Assembly: GCA_963695545.1 (NCBI GenBank) | Contig: OY968796.1 | Location: 4,064,001-4,128,000 of the forward strand | Source: Terriglobia bacterium | Lineage (GTDB): Bacteria; Acidobacteriota; Terriglobia; Acidiferrales; UBA7541 | Length of the DNA stretch: 64,000 nt | Direction of reading: 5' to 3' | In this document: one piece after another, positions 58,892-64,000 of the stretch | Layout of the letters: every line of letters begins with the position of its first letter | How positions within the stretch are numbered: position 1 is the first letter of the stretch | Position numbers and translations under genes: made by a program | The notes under the pieces: generated by a model | The model's input: only the letters and a program-made list of their open reading frames with translations | The model's database searches: none | Told to the model about the DNA's origin: nothing

Positions 58892-61800
58892 GATTTCTCC
58901 TGGATTTCCGCCAAGGCGAAGCTGAATGTCGAACCGTGCCCTGGCTCCGATTCGACTGAAATGTTGCCGCCGTGCCGCTCCACAATTTTCTTGCAGATGG
59001 CCAAGCCTATTCCGGTGCCCGCGAACTCTTCGCGTTTGTGCAGGCGTTGGAACATTCCGAAAATTCTTTCAAAGTATTGAGGATCAATCCCCAACCCGTT
59101 GTCCTTCACGGAAAAAGTCCACTTCGGTCCGCCGTTCTTCGTGGCGGAGACGTGCACGGTTGGGATTCCGCCTTTCTGATACTTGATGGCGTTGCCCACG
59201 AGGTTCTGAAACAACTGGGTGAGCTGCATTTCGTCGGCCATCACCGAGGGCAAGGGATCGTGCGTCACCAGCGCGCCGCTGGCTTCGATCGAGCCGCGCA
59301 AATTGATCAGCGCCTGCCCCAGCGCTTCTTCGCTCGAGGTCGCGATCAAATCCTGTCCCTTGGTGCCTACGCGCGAATACGTCAGCAGATCCTGAATCAA
59401 GCGCTGCATGCGCGCGGCGCCATCCACCGCGAATGAAATGAACTCGTCGGCATCGGCGTCGAGTTTTCCTTTGTAGCGCCTGGAGAGAAGCTGCGTGTAA
59501 CTGGCGACCATGCGCAGCGGTTCCTGCAAGTCGTGAGAGGCGATGTAGGCAAATTGTCCCAACTCGACGTTCGACCGGTTCAATTCTTCGACCTTTTCCA
59601 AAAGATGCGCTTCGGCCTGCCTGCGTGTGGTGATGTCACGAATCGCCGCGGTCACCAGAATTCCTTCCGCGCTTTCAAGCGGACTGAGCATCAACTCGAT
59701 TGGAAACTCTGTGCCGTCCTTGCGCAGCGCGGTGAGCTCGATCCCCGTGCCGATCTGCTGCGCCAGCGCGTCTTCGGCGGAGCGCAGCGCGTCCGCAACC
59801 AGACGCTCGGCGAAGCCTTCGGGAATGATGTTTTTCACCTTCTGCCCGATCAGTTCATCGCGGCTGTAACCGAACTGAGTCTCCGCCTGAGCGTTCAGCA
59901 GCACGATCTCTCCCGTCGGATTCACCACCACCATCGCGTCCGGCGCCGCTTCGAGCAGCCCGCGGTAGCGGCCCTCCATCCGCGCCAGATGGTTCTCCGC
60001 TGCTTTGCGCACGCTGATATCGCGAATCGCCGCGGTGATCAGGATTCCTTCCGAGCTCTCGAGCGGGCTGAGCATGATCTCGATCGGAAACTGGGTGCCA
60101 TTTTTGCGCCGCGCGGTGAGCTCGAGTCCCATGCCGATCTGTTGCGCGAGGGCATCTGCCGCGGAGCGCGTGCCGTCAGCGATGATGCGTTCGGCGAATC
60201 CTTCCGGAATGATGTTTTTCACTTTCTGCCCGACCAGTTCATCGCGGCTGTAGCCGAACTGCTTTTCGGCCTGAACGTTTAACAGCACGATCTCGCCGCC
60301 GGGGTTCACCACCACCATCGCGTCCGGCGCCGCTTCGAGCAGCCCGCGATACCTGCCCTCCATCCGCGCCAGATGCTTTTCGGCTTCCTTGCGCACGCTG
60401 ATGTCGCGGATCGCCGCGGTCACCAGAATTCCTTCGGCGCTTTCGAGCGGGCTCAGCATGATCTCGATCGGGAATTCGCTGCCATTTTTGCGCCGCGCAA
60501 CCAGCTCGATGCCCGTGCCGATCTGCTGCGCCAGAGCATCCTCCGCGGTCCGGAGATCGTCCGCGACCAGGCGTTCCGCGAAACCTTCTGGAATGATGTT
60601 CTTCACTTTCTGGCCGATCAGTTCATCGCGGCTGTAGCCGAACTGCTTTTCGGCCTGAACGTTCAACAACACGATCTCGCCGCCGGGGTCCACCACCACC
60701 ATCGCGTCCGGCGCGGCTTCCAGCAGTCCGCGGTAGCGGCCTTCCATGCGTGCAAGATGCTTTTCGGCTTCTTTGCGCACGCTGATATCGCGGATCGCCG
60801 CCGTCACCAGAACTCCCTCGGCGCTCTCGAGCGGGCTCAGCATGATTTCGATCGGAAATTCGGTTCCGTTCTTGCGTCGCGCGATCAGCTCGATGCCCGT
60901 GCCGATCTGCTGTGCCAGAGCATCTTCAGCAGTCCTCAGATCGTCCGCGACCAGGCGTTCCGCGAATCCTTCCGGGATGATGTTCTTCACTTTCTGGCCG
61001 ATCAGTTCATCGCGGCTGTAGCCGAATTGTTTCTCGGCCTGAACGTTCAACAGCACGATTTCTCCCGCCTGATTCACGACCACCATCGCATCCGGGGCCG
61101 CTTCGAGTAAGCCGCGATACCTGCCTTCCATTCGCGCTAAATGCTTCTCAGCTTCTTTGCGCACGCTGATGTCTCGAATCGCCGCAGTGACCAGGATTTC
61201 CCCGGCGCTTTCGAGCGGGCTCAGCATGATTTCAATCGGAAATTCGGTTCCGTTCTTGCGCCGCGCGATCAGCTCGATGCCCGTGCCGATCTGCTGGGCC
61301 AGCGCGTCAGCCGCAGACCTTAGATCGTCCGCGATCAAGCGTTCGGCGAAGCCCACCGGAATGATGTTCGTGACCTTTTGCCCCAGCAGTTCATCGCGGT
61401 GATATCCAAACTGTTTTTCCGCCTGCACGTTCACCAGCACGATTTCGCCGCGTTGATTCACCACGACCATCGCATCGGGCGCGGCTTCGAGAAGGCCGCG
61501 ATACTTTGCGCCGGTTTCCTCGGTTGCGCTGATGTCCGTGTTCGTGCCGAACCAGCGCAATATCTTTCCTGTCGCGTCGCGAACCGGAACGGCTCGCGAA
61601 AGGGACAAATGGTAGGTGCCATCGCGGCCGCGGATTGGAAAGGTGTCTTCCCAAATTTCGCCGGTCTTAAAGCAATTCGTGATCTTGTCCACCACGGCCT
61701 GCACGTGGTCCGGATGATGGACCTTTTTCCAGCCCCAGCCCTGCATATCGTTGAGCGTCGTGCCGGTGTAATCGAACCACCGGTCGTTGTACCAAAAGAT

Positions 61801-62538
61801 GTTGCCCTTATCGTCGGCCATCCAAGCCATTTGAGGAATGTTGTTCGCGAGCGTGCGGAAGCGGCCCTCTCCCTCAACCAGCGCGTCCTGCGCGAGCAGC
61901 AACGCTGAGTTATCGCGATTCACGCTCCAGGCCGAGCCGATTGTGATCAACAGAGCCAACATCGTTCCGATTGCCACGATCATTTTCGTCTGGTGCAGGT
62001 GCCGCGCCGCGTCCGCATTGCGCAGCAATAACAATCTTTCCTCTTCCATCCTCATCTCGTGGAATGTCTCTCGAAACTGACCTATGATTTGCTCGCCCTG
62101 CGCATCTCCAAGGGCATTCGCGGCCGCTTGAGTTCCCTGGGAACGCCGCAAGCCCATGATTTTGTCGGCGTATTGGGCGTTCTGAGCGGCAACGCTTGCG
62201 AGGATCGGGATTTGGCGCTGCTGCACGGGGTTATCCGCGGTTAGGTCGCGAATGATCCCAATGTCCAGCTGGACGTTTGCGATGCTGGTGTGGCAGGCGT
62301 CGGCGTAGATTTCGTTGCCCGTCAAGGCAAACGCGCGGTAGTTCGATTCGACACTACGCACTGTAGAGATCAATCTCTGGAGATTCTCGAGGACCTCGTG
62401 CGTGTGGCTCACCCAGCGGTCGCTGTCTCCGGCAACGACCGTGCCGTGATAGCAAATCACGGCGGCTATGAGCACGCTCAGAAAGGCGCACACGAAGGCG
62501 AGTTGCACCCGGCGATTCAAAAGAGACTTCGTCGTCAT
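58888..62538 (-). CDS. Sensor histidine kinase: TM-CHASE3-TM, six PAS domains, HisKA, HATPase
   Basis: WVSHTHEVL (CHASE3); ASHDLQEPLR (H-box); NLVGNAIKY, DNGLGI, GTGIGLAI. Confidence 0.95.
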   Translation of the reverse strand: MTTKSLLNRRVQLAFVCAFLSVLIAAVICYHGTVVAGDSDRWVSHTHEVLENLQRLISTVRSVESNYRAFALTGNEIYADACHTSIANVQLDIGIIRDLTADNPVQQRQIPILASVAAQNAQYADKIMGLRRSQGTQAAANALGDAQGEQIIGQFRETFHEMRMEEERLLLLRNADAARHLHQTKMIVAIGTMLALLITIGSAWSVNRDNSALLLAQDALVEGEGRFRTLANNIPQMAWMADDKGNIFWYNDRWFDYTGTTLNDMQGWGWKKVHHPDHVQAVVDKITNCFKTGEIWEDTFPIRGRDGTYHLSLSRAVPVRDATGKILRWFGTNTDISATEETGAKYRGLLEAAPDAMVVVNQRGEIVLVNVQAEKQFGYHRDELLGQKVTNIIPVGFAERLIADDLRSAADALAQQIGTGIELIARRKNGTEFPIEIMLSPLESAGEILVTAAIRDISVRKEAEKHLARMEGRYRGLLEAAPDAMVVVNQAGEIVLLNVQAEKQFGYSRDELIGQKVKNIIPEGFAERLVADDLRTAEDALAQQIGTGIELIARRKNGTEFPIEIMLSPLESAEGVLVTAAIRDISVRKEAEKHLARMEGRYRGLLEAAPDAMVVVDPGGEIVLLNVQAEKQFGYSRDELIGQKVKNIIPEGFAERLVADDLRTAEDALAQQIGTGIELVARRKNGSEFPIEIMLSPLESAEGILVTAAIRDISVRKEAEKHLARMEGRYRGLLEAAPDAMVVVNPGGEIVLLNVQAEKQFGYSRDELVGQKVKNIIPEGFAERIIADGTRSAADALAQQIGMGLELTARRKNGTQFPIEIMLSPLESSEGILITAAIRDISVRKAAENHLARMEGRYRGLLEAAPDAMVVVNPTGEIVLLNAQAETQFGYSRDELIGQKVKNIIPEGFAERLVADALRSAEDALAQQIGTGIELTALRKDGTEFPIELMLSPLESAEGILVTAAIRDITTRRQAEAHLLEKVEELNRSNVELGQFAYIASHDLQEPLRMVASYTQLLSRRYKGKLDADADEFISFAVDGAARMQRLIQDLLTYSRVGTKGQDLIATSSEEALGQALINLRGSIEASGALVTHDPLPSVMADEMQLTQLFQNLVGNAIKYQKGGIPTVHVSATKNGGPKWTFSVKDNGLGIDPQYFERIFGMFQRLHKREEFAGTGIGLAICKKIVERHGGNISVESEPGHGSTFSFALAEIQEKS
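59620..61510 (-). repeat. Five tandem 384-bp PAS-coding repeats
   Basis: CCATCGC anchor at 59931, 60315, 60699, 61083 and 61467 (period exactly 384); protein repeat YRGLLEAAPDAMVVV...AAIRDI. Confidence 0.95.
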
Positions 62539-62833
62539 CGCACACCAGCTTGGAAGTGGAAGTGCTAATCCGGAAGCGGCACTGAAGGCTGAAAGAGGGC
62601 AGCCGGTAGCCGCAAACCGTTTTGGGTGCAGGCTCGAACGAGAGCCCGCTCGAATACTGAAGGGGAACTTAAGCTTATACCAGTCTCCTCCGGCGTGGCT
62701 CGCGATTCTCGCGCGCGTGTCGAATTGACCACCCGCGCGCAGCCTCAGGTGACGCGCGCGTTTGCGGCAGGATCGAAATCCGCCGCTGTAGAAGCTGCCT
62801 CGCGAAGTACGCTAGAATCGAAACTCGATCCGT

Positions 62834-62888
62834 CGGGGTGTAGCGCAGCTTGGTAGCACGCCTGCGTTGGGCGCACCGAACCCGACCC
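62834..62888 (+). pseudogene. Truncated tRNA-Pro(UGG): 5' half only, T-arm absent
   Basis: CGGGGTGTAGCGCAGCTTGGTAGCACGCCTGCGTTGGGCGCA, then no GTTCRA; ACCCGACC follows; TAGAAT -10 at 62813-62818. Confidence 0.8.
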
Positions 62889-62971
62889 CAACAGCTCCTT
62901 TTCTTACTTCGTTTGTAATGAGCACCGTATCGAAAGGAGCCATCAATGAACGGCGCAAAAAGGAGCCATCA

Positions 62972-63418
62972 ATGAGCGCGGTACAAATCGAACAGAAGAG
63001 CTATGAGATGCCCCCGCACGAGGGGTTCAGCGTCGCGCACTTTCTCACCGTCGCCGACGTCGAACGATCGGCTCGCTACTACGAAAAAGTGTTCGGCGCC
63101 CGGATTCTGACCATGGGTGACGGCAATGCGCCCCCGTACCTTCAACTTGCGAATATCTGGATGATTCTGAACGTTGGAGGCGGTCCGACCCCGGACAAGC
63201 CGACGGTAACGCTCAGCGTTCCCGACCCGAATCACATCAACAGCTTTATGAATTTCCGCGTTGCGGATATCCAAGCGTGCTACGAATTGTGGAAAAGTCG
63301 AGGAGCGGAGTTCATCACGCCGCCGATCCCCAAGTACGGCGAGATTCGCTGCTACATCCGCGATCCTGACGGTTATATTATCGAGGTCGGGCAGAGTACC
63401 GCGCTCAAGTACGGTTAG
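62972..63418 (+). CDS. VOC/glyoxalase family protein
   Basis: HFLTVADVERSARYYEKVFG, NFRVADI, YIRDPDGYIIEV; AAGGAG RBS. Confidence 0.9.
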   Translation: MSAVQIEQKSYEMPPHEGFSVAHFLTVADVERSARYYEKVFGARILTMGDGNAPPYLQLANIWMILNVGGGPTPDKPTVTLSVPDPNHINSFMNFRVADIQACYELWKSRGAEFITPPIPKYGEIRCYIRDPDGYIIEVGQSTALKYG

Positions 63419-63517
63419 CGCTTGGTGCGCGGATAGCATGCCGACTCTGCCCCCCTCGCGCTCGTGCCAACGTTTGCCTCGAACAGTCACTCGCTCTGAC
63501 ATCGAAAGGACTACCAG

Positions 63518-64000
63518 ATGGATGGCACAAATGGACTGAAAGAGACCACGCTTGGTGTGAACGTTTTTACCGCCCCGGGAAAGACTATGGTCGGCGAGCG
63601 GCCAAAGCCCTTCGGCGAACCGCTCGGCTTTGACCCGATCACGTCGACTTTAATCTTCGGCGAGTACGACGCGGTGCTGGTGGACGCAATGGGGACAGTG
63701 GCTGAGGCCGAGGCTCTCGCGGATTGGATTGCTCTGCACAACCGCAACCTGGAGACGATCTATATAACGCACGCGCATTTCGACCACTTCTACGGTCTGA
63801 GCATTCTACTCGACCGTTTCCCGGGCGCTCGGGCGATAGCAACGCCGAACGCGGTGAAAGCCATGCAGATGTCTTTCTCTCCTACGGTGGAGCGGTTGGC
63901 GCGCCGGCTTTTTCCTGGGCAAGTGGCCACAAAGTTGGTTCCGCCTGAGCCCTATGAGCACGACACGTTCACTCTCGAGGGCCACGAATTGCGCATCATC
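63518..64000 (+). CDS. MBL-fold metallo-hydrolase; runs off the window
   Basis: Translated by hand: MDGTNG..STLIFGEYDAVLVD..IYITHAHFDHFYG (HxHxDH); AAGGA RBS. Confidence 0.88.
   Translation, partial: MDGTNGLKETTLGVNVFTAPGKTMVGERPKPFGEPLGFDPITSTLIFGEYDAVLVDAMGTVAEAEALADWIALHNRNLETIYITHAHFDHFYGLSILLDRFPGARAIATPNAVKAMQMSFSPTVERLARRLFPGQVATKLVPPEPYEHDTFTLEGHELRII

Noticed and set aside
62540..62800. c-di-GMP riboswitch upstream of the kinase operon
   Set aside because: No recognisable class I or class II aptamer motifs on the coding strand.
63518..64000. Antibiotic-resistance beta-lactamase call
   Set aside because: HxHxDH defines only the MBL fold; the gene is partial and has no signal peptide.

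Overview
High-GC bacterial window, most likely Acidobacteriota (inferred from the Oar-type TonB receptor, FG-GAP/ASPIC protein and amidase-GerMN-rph gene order). (1) 1-21.7 kb: an arabinan/arabinofuranoside utilisation locus (two GH127-like enzymes, GH51, two GH43, GH5, GH31, TonB-dependent receptor, parvulin-TPR-FG-GAP protein, PFK), linked by six copies of a LacI-type palindrome. (2) 21.8-23.8 kb: tmRNA with gene debris downstream, including a GIY-YIG fragment. (3) 23.8-31.5 kb: a transglutaminase/ATP-grasp/alpha-E/DUF2126 peptide-ligase cluster, three of whose four genes are heavily frameshifted. (4) 31.7-41.5 kb: egtB-egtD, a cNMP-TrxB fusion with a UBP zinc finger gene, a Ni/Co permease, an SDR with a heparinase II/III-like lyase, and a TonB-C protein. 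(5) 42.2-46.1 kb: amidase, GerMN, rph, rdgB, nth. (6) 46-55 kb: a sugar-acid (glucarate-type) catabolic cluster, a TA pair and a Gfo/Idh oxidoreductase. (7) 55-62.5 kb: a CHASE3/multi-PAS kinase with five 384-bp tandem repeats, three tandem receivers and a REC-PAS-GGDEF-EAL protein. (8) A truncated tRNA-Pro followed by VOC and MBL-fold genes. The least explained signal is a dispersed non-genic element present twice (about 1.7-1.95 kb and 41.7-42.1 kb): palindrome + sigma70 promoter + internal repeats + G-rich tail. All calls come from reading motifs by eye; no searches were run.
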